From a candidate division WOR-3 bacterium (GTDB lineage Bacteria > Hydrothermota > Tepidihabitantia > B3-TA06), in the NCBI GenBank assembly GCA_965649265.1, contig CBFGKC010000017.1, forward strand, positions 1 to 52,023: a stretch of DNA of 52,023 nucleotides. The letters run 5' to 3'. Position 1 is the first letter of the stretch. Every line of letters starts with the position of its first letter. The translations under genes were made by a program, and so were the position numbers. This document shows positions 9,012 through 18,141 of this stretch, piece after piece. The notes under the pieces are model-generated. The model saw only the letters and a program-made list of their open reading frames with translations, did no database searches and was not told the DNA's origin.

Positions 9012-9815
9012 TCAGCGAACGAGAACGAGTCTTGCAGTTGCCGAACTGGAGTCCGAGGCCAAACGAACGAAGTAAACACCCGCAGGCAGCGCGTTGCCGT
9101 TGTTATCGAGGCCGTTCCACTTCACCGAGTAGGTACCGGCTTTGAGCCTGCCTTGCTCAATGGTTCGCAGCTGCCTTCCGAGTGCATCGTATACGACAAG
9201 GCGAACCGCTGATTCTTTCGTGATCCCATAAGTGATCTCCGGATCAGACGAAGCCTTGGCCGATGTCTCAAGGAAAAAGCGACCGGCGTGAACTGATTCG
9301 TCAACAGCCAGACCTCCTACGGTGGTGAATTCCTTATTGAGGTCGGTTTTGTTCGGTTCGTTGTTTGACTTCCCGTTAATCTCAACTATGAAGGTAGTGC
9401 CAATGGACGCATCCGCAGGCGGTGTGACTTCGACTCGTATGTTTTGATACGCGCCGGTTGAAAGAAGCCCGGTCGACCAGCCCGTGCCTGTGACGTTGAC
9501 GGTTATGTCCTGGCCACCGGTGTGGGCGTCAAAGTATCGAACGGTCCAGCCTGAATCTTCCTTTGTGCCTTTGACTGTGATGTTGTCTTTCATTCCCTGA
9601 TATTCGGCGTCGTTTTGCACACGTAGTTGGAAGATTGCCTTTTCGCCGGCATTGACAGTATCGTATTTTATCTGTCCAATCGCGTTATCATTGTAAATAT
9701 TATCGCCTGTGAAATCCACTTCAACCGGAAACTTGCTCATAAGATCTGGTTTTCCAACCCGGTACTGGGCAAAGACGGCTGTTGTTATAGTCAATAAAAC
9801 CAGAAAAAGTCGCAT
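9012..9815 (-). CDS. secreted Ig-like protein with C-terminal FlgD-Ig/T9SS-type sorting domain
   Basis: Signal peptide; C-terminus YDALGRQLRTI..WNGLDNNGNALPAGVYFVRL..RLVLVR. Confidence 0.8.
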   Translation of the reverse strand: MRLFLVLLTITTAVFAQYRVGKPDLMSKFPVEVDFTGDNIYNDNAIGQIKYDTVNAGEKAIFQLRVQNDAEYQGMKDNITVKGTKEDSGWTVRYFDAHTGGQDITVNVTGTGWSTGLLSTGAYQNIRVEVTPPADASIGTTFIVEINGKSNNEPNKTDLNKEFTTVGGLAVDESVHAGRFFLETSAKASSDPEITYGITKESAVRLVVYDALGRQLRTIEQGRLKAGTYSVKWNGLDNNGNALPAGVYFVRLASDSSSATARLVLVR

Positions 9816-9970
9816 TCGTCCTCCTAAATTATTTTTCCATATAAACTATGCGCCGATTTCGACAAATGTCAAGGTTATAAGCGCTCGGCACAGATTTATG
9901 CAAGTTTTAACGGGATCGCAAGGAAAGGGGAGATTGCGTGTTATCTAGCTTCAAATTAGCACTTATGGTA

Positions 9971-9998
9971 TTGACAATTTTTTTCAGATGAGTATAAT
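9971..9998 (+). promoter_or_regulatory. consensus sigma70 promoter of ABC operon leader
   Basis: TTGACA-16nt-TATAAT. Confidence 0.8.
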
Positions 9999-10032
9999 TC
10001 ATTGTTGGATTATTAACTCTTGGAGGAAACAA

Positions 10033-10116
10033 ATGATCTTTGAATTAGACTACAATCAATGGGGCGCGATTCCCACAATCGCGTTTACTCTTGAGGTATC
10101 CATGAGGTGCCCGTAG
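10033..10116 (+). CDS. putative 27-aa leader peptide MIFELDYNQWGAIPTIAFTLEVSMRCP
   Basis: GGAGG RBS 6 nt before ATG, directly after the promoter and before the attenuator hairpins. Confidence 0.7.
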   Translation: MIFELDYNQWGAIPTIAFTLEVSMRCP

Positions 10117-10216
10117 TCTAGTCCTACAAGATATGTAGAGTTTGACCCCGGGCATCCCAGCCCGGGGTTCTCTTTCCATGCAAATTTCGCCCCGGGCCTT
10201 CCCGGGGATTTTTTTT
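10106..10216 (+). promoter_or_regulatory. transcription attenuator (alternative hairpins plus intrinsic terminator)
   Basis: Hairpin 10144-10169 and terminator 10190-10207 followed by AT8. Alternative pairings are 10160-10167 with 10190-10197, and 10106-10113 with 10149-10156. Confidence 0.75.
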
Positions 10217-10347
10217 AAGCCTCTAGTCTCGCCAGAGCGCTACTTGAGGCAAAAGAACTCGGCGCCAGGAAAGAGGCGCTCGAAAAAACAATTTAATCTG
10301 AATGGAAAGTTCCCGGAAGCTTTTCATTCAATAACTCGGAGGTGCAC

Positions 10348-11190
10348 TTGCAACCGATAGTAAGCTGTCAGATGGTCTCAAAGACTTACGTGGACGGCAT
10401 TATAAAAAAGAAGAAGCCTGTAAAGGCGCTTCTCGACATAAACTTCGAGATAGGCCGCGGTGAATGCTTCGGACTCATAGGTCCGAACGGCTCGGGTAAA
10501 TCCACACTGATCCGCATACTCTCGACGCTTCTATACCCGGACAAGGGTATGGCGACTATTTGCGGAATAGACGTGGTTCGCAAGCCCTACCCGGTAAGGG
10601 AACTCATCAGCCGCGTGTCCGTGGACGCAGCGTTCTTCAAGAAGCTTTCGGCCTGGGAGAACCTGCGCTACTCGGCAAGGCTTTACGGCATACCCATACC
10701 GCTGGCGAAGGCGCGTGCGCTCGAGGCGCTTTCCGAGATGGGCTTCCCCGAGAAGCGCTTCGGTGAACCGATGGAGGACCTGTCCCGCGGCATGCAGCAG
10801 AAGGTGGCCGTCGCGCGCGCCCTCATCAATAGACCCAGGGTGCTGCTTCTGGACGAGCCTACTACCGGACTCGACCCCCGCTCGAAGCGCGAGGTGGAGG
10901 CCTACATCAAGCGTCTGCGCGGCGAAGGCGAGCTGACCATACTGCTCACCACGCACGACATGAAGGAGGCCGAGGACCTCTGCGACCGTATAGCCATCAT
11001 CGACAAGGGTCGCATCGTGGCGCTCGATACGCCCGAAGCCCTAAAGGCCATCGTTGCGGAGCGCCGGGGTTCCAACCACGCCACGCTCGAGGACGTGTTC
11101 CTCGAACTTACCCACAAGGAGTGGGTCGAGAACGTCGAGGAAGAGACCGAGAAAGAAACCGCTGCCGATGATCTCGAGAAGAAGAAATGA
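10348..11190 (+). CDS. ABC-2 (DrrA-like) exporter ATP-binding protein
   Basis: Walker A GPNGSGKST, LSRGMQQK, LLLDEPTTGLD, TTH; TTG after GGAGG. Confidence 0.93.
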   Translation: MQPIVSCQMVSKTYVDGIIKKKKPVKALLDINFEIGRGECFGLIGPNGSGKSTLIRILSTLLYPDKGMATICGIDVVRKPYPVRELISRVSVDAAFFKKLSAWENLRYSARLYGIPIPLAKARALEALSEMGFPEKRFGEPMEDLSRGMQQKVAVARALINRPRVLLLDEPTTGLDPRSKREVEAYIKRLRGEGELTILLTTHDMKEAEDLCDRIAIIDKGRIVALDTPEALKAIVAERRGSNHATLEDVFLELTHKEWVENVEEETEKETAADDLEKKK

Positions 11191-11274
11191 TATTAGGCAG
11201 CCGCAGCGACCAAAGAAAGTCGCACCAATGCGATGACCTGAGCCGGTCTCTATAAGGACAGAGAAAGGAGTAAA

Positions 11275-11511
11275 ATGAACGCACGATACGCACGCGATCA
11301 GGTATGCCGGGACGGCAGCGGGTTCAGGATGCCCGCGCTCGCGCACGCGTTGGGCCTGCTAGGGGACGACGAGGACTTCGCGGAGGAGATTCTTCGCAAA
11401 GTCATTGGCGTTCACAAACGGCCGGATGAGAGCGCTCGCCGAAGTGAAAGGATTGGAGCCGAATCGACTCTTCCTAAACGTGGCAACGCTATGAGAAATA
11501 ATCGGATATAA
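11275..11511 (+). CDS. small hypothetical protein (78 aa)
   Basis: AAAGGAG RBS; fills the gap between ATPase and permease genes; no recognisable domain. Confidence 0.5.
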   Translation: MNARYARDQVCRDGSGFRMPALAHALGLLGDDEDFAEEILRKVIGVHKRPDESARRSERIGAESTLPKRGNAMRNNRI

Positions 11512-11536
11512 CAAAACAAGATATAAGGAGAAAAAA

Positions 11537-12400
11537 ATGAAACAGACCGTATTACAGACATCGACCTCCCCTCCCCCGGGGACGTTCGAGCCGATGGTGC
11601 CAGCCGGATCTACCCCGCGCATGAGGCTGCGGTTTTTAGCGATGATAGAGCGCAACTTCATGCTCATCAAACGCTACATCGCGTGGGAGACGGTGTTCGT
11701 GTTCTACAACATCGTCAACTCGCTCTGCATCGGCTTCATCGGCGTCAGGATGGGCAAGGAGTACGTCATGTACCTCGTGATAGGAGCACTCATATGGGGT
11801 TTCCTGTCCCTTCTCTTCCACGAGCTTGCCGAGCAGGTTCAATGGGAGCGCTGGGAGGGAACCATAGAGTACAGCTTCATGGCGCCCATGCACCGGCTTA
11901 CGTACCTCCTGGGCAACTGCTTCTACGCCGTCGTCTACGGCGTCCTTCGTTCGGCTTTGCTGCTCGGGGCCATCGTCCTGTTCCTGGGATTATCCTTGAA
12001 GAACGCCAACATCTGGGGAGCGCTGATAGTGCTTCTGGTCTCGGGACTTTCGTTCATCGGGATGGGTCTCGTGGCGGCAATCCTGCCGCTTCTATCGACC
12101 GAGCGCGGCGCCCAGGCCTCGCACATATTCCAGGCTTTGATACTTCTCGTATCCGGAGTATACTACGAGGTTGACGTGCTGCCCGGCTGGCTGCGGCCTC
12201 TTGCAGTGATATCGCCGGCAACTTACACGCTTAAGGCGATACGGGCCGCCCTGCTCAAGGGCGCGACGCTTAAGGAGCTCGCGCCGACCATAGGGCTCCT
12301 AGCCGCAATCGGCGTCGTGCTCATCCCACTGGGATTTCTCATCTTCAACGCGGCCGAGCGGTGGGCCAAGCGAAAGGGCAAGCTCGCAAGAAACGGATAG
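11537..12400 (+). CDS. ABC-2 type permease
   Basis: About 6 TM segments, WERWEGTIEY and SGVYYEVDVLPGW motifs. Confidence 0.9.
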   Translation: MKQTVLQTSTSPPPGTFEPMVPAGSTPRMRLRFLAMIERNFMLIKRYIAWETVFVFYNIVNSLCIGFIGVRMGKEYVMYLVIGALIWGFLSLLFHELAEQVQWERWEGTIEYSFMAPMHRLTYLLGNCFYAVVYGVLRSALLLGAIVLFLGLSLKNANIWGALIVLLVSGLSFIGMGLVAAILPLLSTERGAQASHIFQALILLVSGVYYEVDVLPGWLRPLAVISPATYTLKAIRAALLKGATLKELAPTIGLLAAIGVVLIPLGFLIFNAAERWAKRKGKLARNG

Positions 12401-12411
12401 AGGTATAAAGA

Positions 12412-14364
12412 ATGATACTTTTCAAGGACGTTGGCGTCTGGTTCGGTGCAAGAGCGCTCTTTTCGGATTCCAACCTCGTCATAGGTGAACGCGCGCGCAT
12501 AGGGCTCGTCGGCGCGAACGGAACGGGCAAGACCACGCTGTTCCGCCTGCTCGTGGGCGAGCGTTCCCCTGACGAGGGTTCGATGGAGATGCCTAAAAAT
12601 CTCAAGATAGGCTACCTTCCGCAGGAGGAGGTTGTCCCGAGCGATGAGAGCGTTTTCGACGAGGCGGTGAAAGCGTTCGATCACGTGCACGAGATACGGA
12701 TGAAGATGCACGAGCTCGAGCGCAAGATGCAGGATACGAGCATGGCTCCGGCGGAGATGGAGAAGATCCTTAATCGCTACAGCCATCTTCAGGAGGAATA
12801 CGCGCAGGACGGCTACACGTTCGAGTCGAGAACGGAGGAGATACTCGAGGGTCTGGGATTCAAGGAGAAGGATTTCTCGAGACCCGCGAGCGAGTTCTCG
12901 GGCGGTTACCGGATGCGGATCGCACTCGCGCGGCTGCTCCTGGAGGAACCGGACCTCCTCCTGCTCGACGAGCCCACGAACCACCTCGACCTACCGTCTA
13001 TCGAGTGGCTGGAGGAGTTCATAAAGAGCTTCAAGGGCGCCCTTGTCATAAGCTCCCACGACCGCTTCTTTCTCGACCGGGTGGTCGACAGCATCTGGGA
13101 CGTCTACAATCGAAAGGTAACCTCGTACAGGGGAAACTACACGGCATTCATCGGACAGAAGGAGTTTTACCGCGAGCAGGTGGAACGCCAGAAGGAGAAA
13201 ATCTCGGACACGAGAGAGCATTTGCAGCGGTTCATCGACAAATACAGGGGGTACCCGAAGAAGGCCGCGCTCGTGCGTTCGCGCAAGAAGATGCTCGAAA
13301 GGCTGCCCGAGGTGGAGGAACTGCCCGGTAACCAGAAGACCATCTCTATCCGTTTCCCGAACCCCGACAAGATTTCTGGCAGAGTGATGGCGCTCGAGGA
13401 CGTCTCGAAGAGCTACGCCGACAACGAGGTGTTCGCGAACGTGAATCTTTCTGTCGAGCCGGGGGACAGGATCGCGCTCATCGGAGCCAACGGCGAGGGC
13501 AAGACAACCTTGCTCAGGATAATCGCCGGAGAGCTCGAAGCGACGGAGGGGGAGGTGTGGCGCTCGGCAAAACTCAAATCGGCGTTTTACACGCAGATAG
13601 TGGAAGAAAGACTTGACCTTGCAAAGACCGTGCTCGAGGAGCTCGAGGAAGCCGCACCCTGGGAGACTACACCCGTTCTGCGCGGCCTTGCAGGGGCATT
13701 CCTCTTTACGGGAGACGATACGGAAAAAAAGGTGGCGGTCCTCTCGGGCGGGGAGAAATCGCGGCTCGCACTCGCGAGGATCATTCTGAGCCCCTCCAAC
13801 CTTCTTCTGCTGGACGAGCCCACGAACCATCTTGACCTCGCATCGAGGGACGTGCTCGAGGACGCAGTTCGCCAATACCCGGGAACCGTGGTCTTCTCCT
13901 CCCACGACCGCTTTCTCATAGACAAGATTGCGAACAAGGTCGTCGAGATAGGCAAGGGCAGGGCGGTTCTGCATCTGGGGAACTGGGCCGATTACGAGCA
14001 ATGGCGCGAACGCGAGAAGGGTAAGACCGTCAAGGCAACGATCAGGCCTGAAAAGGAAGCCAGAGAGCGCAGGGAACCCGCAAAGAAGACGACAGTTAAG
14101 ACCGAAGCCCCAGGTAAATCGCAGGAGCAGAGGGCAATGGAGCGCGAACGGAAGCTGAGGGAGGAGGAGGTCAACCGCACGTTCGTAGATATAGAGACGA
14201 AGGAGAAGGAGCTTGCCAGGCTGGAGCAGGAGATGAGCGGTCAGGGACTCTATTCGGACAAGAACCGCCTGCGCGAGGTAACCTCGCGACACCGACTTCT
14301 CAGGGAGGAGCTTTTAAGGCTCCAGGATCAGCTGGAAGCTCTCCTTGGCGGCGAAGAAGCTTGA
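12412..14364 (+). CDS. ABC-F family ATP-binding protein (Uup/YheS/YdiF-like)
   Basis: Two ABC cassettes (GANGTGKTT, GANGEGKTT, DEPTNHLD twice), inter-domain linker, coiled-coil C-terminus, no TM. Confidence 0.93.
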   Translation: MILFKDVGVWFGARALFSDSNLVIGERARIGLVGANGTGKTTLFRLLVGERSPDEGSMEMPKNLKIGYLPQEEVVPSDESVFDEAVKAFDHVHEIRMKMHELERKMQDTSMAPAEMEKILNRYSHLQEEYAQDGYTFESRTEEILEGLGFKEKDFSRPASEFSGGYRMRIALARLLLEEPDLLLLDEPTNHLDLPSIEWLEEFIKSFKGALVISSHDRFFLDRVVDSIWDVYNRKVTSYRGNYTAFIGQKEFYREQVERQKEKISDTREHLQRFIDKYRGYPKKAALVRSRKKMLERLPEVEELPGNQKTISIRFPNPDKISGRVMALEDVSKSYADNEVFANVNLSVEPGDRIALIGANGEGKTTLLRIIAGELEATEGEVWRSAKLKSAFYTQIVEERLDLAKTVLEELEEAAPWETTPVLRGLAGAFLFTGDDTEKKVAVLSGGEKSRLALARIILSPSNLLLLDEPTNHLDLASRDVLEDAVRQYPGTVVFSSHDRFLIDKIANKVVEIGKGRAVLHLGNWADYEQWREREKGKTVKATIRPEKEARERREPAKKTTVKTEAPGKSQEQRAMERERKLREEEVNRTFVDIETKEKELARLEQEMSGQGLYSDKNRLREVTSRHRLLREELLRLQDQLEALLGGEEA

Positions 14365-14407
14365 CATATCCCTCTTTTTTGATATTCTTCAATAGTTGGA
14401 GGTTTGT

Positions 14408-15544
14408 TTGAGAAGTAATGTTACATTTATGATTATGGCGGTGTGGGTAGCCGCAAGTATTTCATGCACAACACCGTCTCAACCGCAAATAATAGGTCCT
14501 TCGGGTGGAGAGTCGCTCCTTACATCAACACCCGATTTTACGTGGACCAGTGTCCCGTCTGGGCGGTCGTATATAGTTGAAATCTCAAAAACCGAAGACT
14601 TCGCTTCAGTAATAGACACGATTATCTTCAACGATACTTTTTTCACCCTCGCAGATACGCTTGAGCTTGGTTCGCTTTACTACTGGCGAGTCAGCGCCCG
14701 CAGCGCCCAGGGTGACCAGGGCGAGTGGTCCATCAGCGAGACCTTCAGAACTCAAGCAGGGGTGGAGATACTCTCTCCTTTGCCGGCAGACAGCACGGCG
14801 TGGCCGGTCTTCTCATGGAAGCCCTATTCCGGTGCAGCAAGCTACGAATTCAGCCTCTCCCTCTATCCAGATTTTGAGCAGTTGCTGCTCGACACGGTAA
14901 TCAATTCCACAACCTTCGAGTGTGAAGATTCTCTCGATCCTGCAACTTATTTTTTCAGGATTCAAGCACGCTCCTCCGGCCAACCCATAAGCGCTCCTTC
15001 AGTTGTGAGAAGGATTGTCGCTTACAAATTAGAGGACACTTATTTCCCAATGTCTCCAGATATGAAATGGAACTTCGAGTATTCTCACTGCGGAGGCATT
15101 AACAATATTTCGACCAAAACCTGGGACACAACTTACGACACCACGATAATGAAATCGATTGAGGTGGAAAGCACCTATACGTCGGATGGACGCCTTTTCT
15201 TCTGTTTTTCGGATACATTGAATGACATAGGATATGCCGTTGCCGTTGAGAACGATACCCTCTTCTCCCCACACTACACCCTTGGCAATATTTACCCTGA
15301 GGTCAAACAATTTCGCACCTGGATTAATTTGCTGGATTCCGTTTTCTGGGTCCAAGACACATTAATCATCCAGGACAGTGCAAACACGAAAGGGGCCAGT
15401 GCAACATTTTACGTGCACCTTGTGAAGCGGTTGCCCAAACTGGGTCTTGTAGAACAATATGATTATATAGAAAGAATCATCCAGACCGACCCCAAAAAAG
15501 AAACGCGTTCATGGGACCTAATATTGCTGAAGCTCGTGCCTTGA
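14408..15544 (+). CDS. lipoprotein with two fibronectin-III-like repeats
   Basis: Lipobox SISC; two repeats of P.F.W..Y...S...DF..L..G.YYWRV.A; promoter TTGACA-16-TATTCT at 14361-14388. Confidence 0.7.
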   Translation: MRSNVTFMIMAVWVAASISCTTPSQPQIIGPSGGESLLTSTPDFTWTSVPSGRSYIVEISKTEDFASVIDTIIFNDTFFTLADTLELGSLYYWRVSARSAQGDQGEWSISETFRTQAGVEILSPLPADSTAWPVFSWKPYSGAASYEFSLSLYPDFEQLLLDTVINSTTFECEDSLDPATYFFRIQARSSGQPISAPSVVRRIVAYKLEDTYFPMSPDMKWNFEYSHCGGINNISTKTWDTTYDTTIMKSIEVESTYTSDGRLFFCFSDTLNDIGYAVAVENDTLFSPHYTLGNIYPEVKQFRTWINLLDSVFWVQDTLIIQDSANTKGASATFYVHLVKRLPKLGLVEQYDYIERIIQTDPKKETRSWDLILLKLVP

Positions 15545-15574
15545 CTTGATCCCTCACAACCGTATATTTAGCGC

Positions 15575-16861
15575 ATGAGAGTGCTTATTCTCGGCGGAGG
15601 CGGAAGAGAACACGCCCTTGGATGGAAGCTCCGCGAATCTCCAAAGATAGAGGAGCTGTTGTTTTTACCGGGTAATGCCGGAACGTTGACGATAGGTCTT
15701 AATCTTGCGGGCGATCCGGGCGATGCGAAGAATGTCGTTGATCTCGCGAAAGAATACAAGCCTGACCTTGTTGTCGTTGGCTCCGAGATTCCGCTTTTCC
15801 ATGGAGTGCCAGAAGCTCTTTCATCCGAAGGATTTCTTGTATTCGGTCCGGGCAGAAAGGCTTCCATGCTCGAGCAGGAGAAGGCGTTCGCCAAGGATTT
15901 TATGAAAAGGCACGGTATCCCTACCGCCGAGTATCGTACTTTTGACGATTACAGGACAGCCGCGGATTACATTGAGCAGACGAACGGCAATCTCGTGATA
16001 AAAGCCTCGGGTCCAGCCCTGGGAAAGGGCGTAGTGGTGTGCAGCAGCCGCGACGAATCCCTTAGGGCTGCAAGCGAGATGATGGTGGATAAAACTTTCG
16101 GCGAATCGGGTTCGCGTATAGTTATTGAAGAACGTCTGGAGGGGGAGGAGGTCTCGATGCTAATTCTCACGGATGGAATAAACTATGCGAGTTTCCCTCC
16201 AGCACAGGATCACAAGACGGTATGGGACGACGACAAAGGTCCCAACACGGGAGGCATGGGCGCGTATGCTCCCGCCCCTGTGGTCGATTCTCTTCTTCTT
16301 GAACGCATTGAGGATGAAATCATTGCACCGACGCTTAGCGGATTGCAGGCTGATAGAATTCCTTACAGGGGAGTGATTTATTTCGGCCTGATGATTACTT
16401 CAGAGGGCCCAATGGTTCTTGAATACAACTGCCGCTTTGGAGATCCTGAGACACAGGTTCTGATGATGCTTACCGACGAAGATTTTTTTGAACTTCTTCG
16501 AGAGACCGCCAGGGGTAACCTGAGCGCCCGCCGCGTGAAGACACGTCCGGGCAGCGCCCTATGCGTGGTGGCAGCTGCAGCGGGCTATCCCGGGCCGTAT
16601 GAAAAGGGAAAGGCAATCAAACTCGAGGTTGAAGAAAGCCGGGATTTGGCCATTTTCCATGCAGGGACCACTCTAAAGGATGGGACCCTTCTTACAGCAG
16701 GCGGGAGGGTGCTCGCAGTAACTGCTTTCGCCGGAGATATCGACGAGGCCAAGGAGAAAGCTTATGAACCGTTAGCGGACGGGAGAGTGCAGTTCGAAGG
16801 TATCCATTACCGTACCGACATCGGAGATAAAGGCATAAGGAGGCTTGATGAGTCCTTTTAA
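15575..16861 (+). CDS. purD: phosphoribosylamine-glycine ligase
   Basis: GGGGREHAL, GPNTGGMGAY, EYNCRFGDPETQ, GGRVL. Confidence 0.97.
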   Translation: MRVLILGGGGREHALGWKLRESPKIEELLFLPGNAGTLTIGLNLAGDPGDAKNVVDLAKEYKPDLVVVGSEIPLFHGVPEALSSEGFLVFGPGRKASMLEQEKAFAKDFMKRHGIPTAEYRTFDDYRTAADYIEQTNGNLVIKASGPALGKGVVVCSSRDESLRAASEMMVDKTFGESGSRIVIEERLEGEEVSMLILTDGINYASFPPAQDHKTVWDDDKGPNTGGMGAYAPAPVVDSLLLERIEDEIIAPTLSGLQADRIPYRGVIYFGLMITSEGPMVLEYNCRFGDPETQVLMMLTDEDFFELLRETARGNLSARRVKTRPGSALCVVAAAAGYPGPYEKGKAIKLEVEESRDLAIFHAGTTLKDGTLLTAGGRVLAVTAFAGDIDEAKEKAYEPLADGRVQFEGIHYRTDIGDKGIRRLDESF

Positions 16862-17267
16862 AGTCGCGATCGTTGCAGGTTCAAAGAGCGACGAGGTATA
16901 CGCGAAACTCGTAGAGGAGGAACTCGGTGAATCCGATATTCCTTACGAGACCCACTATCTTTCAGCGCACCGGCAGCCGGAGGAGGTTTCAGAATTCGCC
17001 AAAAAAGCGGCGGACAAGGGTTTTTCCGCGATAATAGCGCTTGCCGGTTACGCTGCCGCGCTTCCTGGTGTTGTAGCCGCTTACACGGCTCTTCCCGTGA
17101 TAGGGGTTCCCTTGGATACGTCCCCTTTGTCCGGCTGGGATTCGCTTCTTTCAATCGTCCAGATGCCTAAAGGGGTGCCTGTGGCAACCATGAGCGTCGG
17201 CCGGGCAGGTGCTGTGAATGCCGCCAAATTCTGCATAAGACTCAAGGACATTATTCAAAAAGGATAA
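16848..17267 (+). CDS. purE: N5-CAIR mutase / AIR carboxylase
   Basis: GSKSD, SAHRQP, PVIGVP, SIVQMPKGVPVAT. Confidence 0.95.
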   Translation: MSPFKVAIVAGSKSDEVYAKLVEEELGESDIPYETHYLSAHRQPEEVSEFAKKAADKGFSAIIALAGYAAALPGVVAAYTALPVIGVPLDTSPLSGWDSLLSIVQMPKGVPVATMSVGRAGAVNAAKFCIRLKDIIQKG

Positions 17268-17277
17268 GTAAAGGTTG

Positions 17278-18141
17278 ATGGCTAAAAACCGGGCAAGAAC
17301 CGTTCTCGTATTGAGTACTGTTGCGAACGTTTGTCTTATGGCAATGAAACTCTCTATCGGATACTTTACTCATTCGCGGGCGCTAATTGCGGACGGTATA
17401 AACTCAACTCTCGATATTTTCTTCTCCGTGATGATCCTCGTGTCTTTCCGCTGGGCATCAAAGCCCGCGGACAAGGATCATCCCTACGGACACGGCAACA
17501 TTGAAGTACTCGTTGCCGTAATCGCTTCTCTGGTCATACTTGCCACAGGCGGCATAATAATATATGACGGTATAAGGAGTGCGATGAAGCCTCAGCTTGA
17601 AATGCCGGGCGTTCTCGCACTCGTGGCCGAGGGAGTAACAATAGTTGTCAAGTTTTCGCTCTTCATGTTCGCGAGGGCAGTGGCAAAGAAAGAGCGCTCG
17701 CCGGCCGTCGCCGTTCAGGCTGCCGATCACCGTTCGGACATCCTTTCGACTTCTGCAGCGCTCGTGGGAATTTTTCTTGCAAGGATTGGAATTCGATTCT
17801 TTGACCCAGTGGGTGCTGCGCTTGTCGGTGGTTTCATCATATGGACAGGAATAAGGTTGCTGCGGGAGAATATTCGTGTTCTCATTGAGACTCGTCCCGA
17901 GGATAAGTTTTTCGTAAAAATCGAAGGTGCTCTGACCGGATTGAAAGATGTACAAAAGATCTCCGGCCTTCGCGCGCATCCTGTGGGAGCTTACTACTTT
18001 CTTGAGATAACGGTTCACGTTGACGGCAATCTTTCCGTAGAAAGAGGGCACGCCATAGCCGAAACAGTCCGTACAAGACTCATGGAATTCGATATGACAA
18101 TCAAGGATGTCATTGTTCATGTTGAGCCCTCATGCGATTGA
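17278..18141 (+). CDS. cation diffusion facilitator (FieF/MamM-like) transporter
   Basis: SRALIAD, KPADKDHPYGHG, DHRSD, DVIVHVEP. Confidence 0.92.
   Translation: MAKNRARTVLVLSTVANVCLMAMKLSIGYFTHSRALIADGINSTLDIFFSVMILVSFRWASKPADKDHPYGHGNIEVLVAVIASLVILATGGIIIYDGIRSAMKPQLEMPGVLALVAEGVTIVVKFSLFMFARAVAKKERSPAVAVQAADHRSDILSTSAALVGIFLARIGIRFFDPVGAALVGGFIIWTGIRLLRENIRVLIETRPEDKFFVKIEGALTGLKDVQKISGLRAHPVGAYYFLEITVHVDGNLSVERGHAIAETVRTRLMEFDMTIKDVIVHVEPSCD

Noticed and set aside
12223-14292. Long antisense ORFs (253 and 433 aa) opposite ABC-F and similar shadow ORFs elsewhere
   Set aside because: Typical shadows of GC3-biased coding strands; no motifs or RBS
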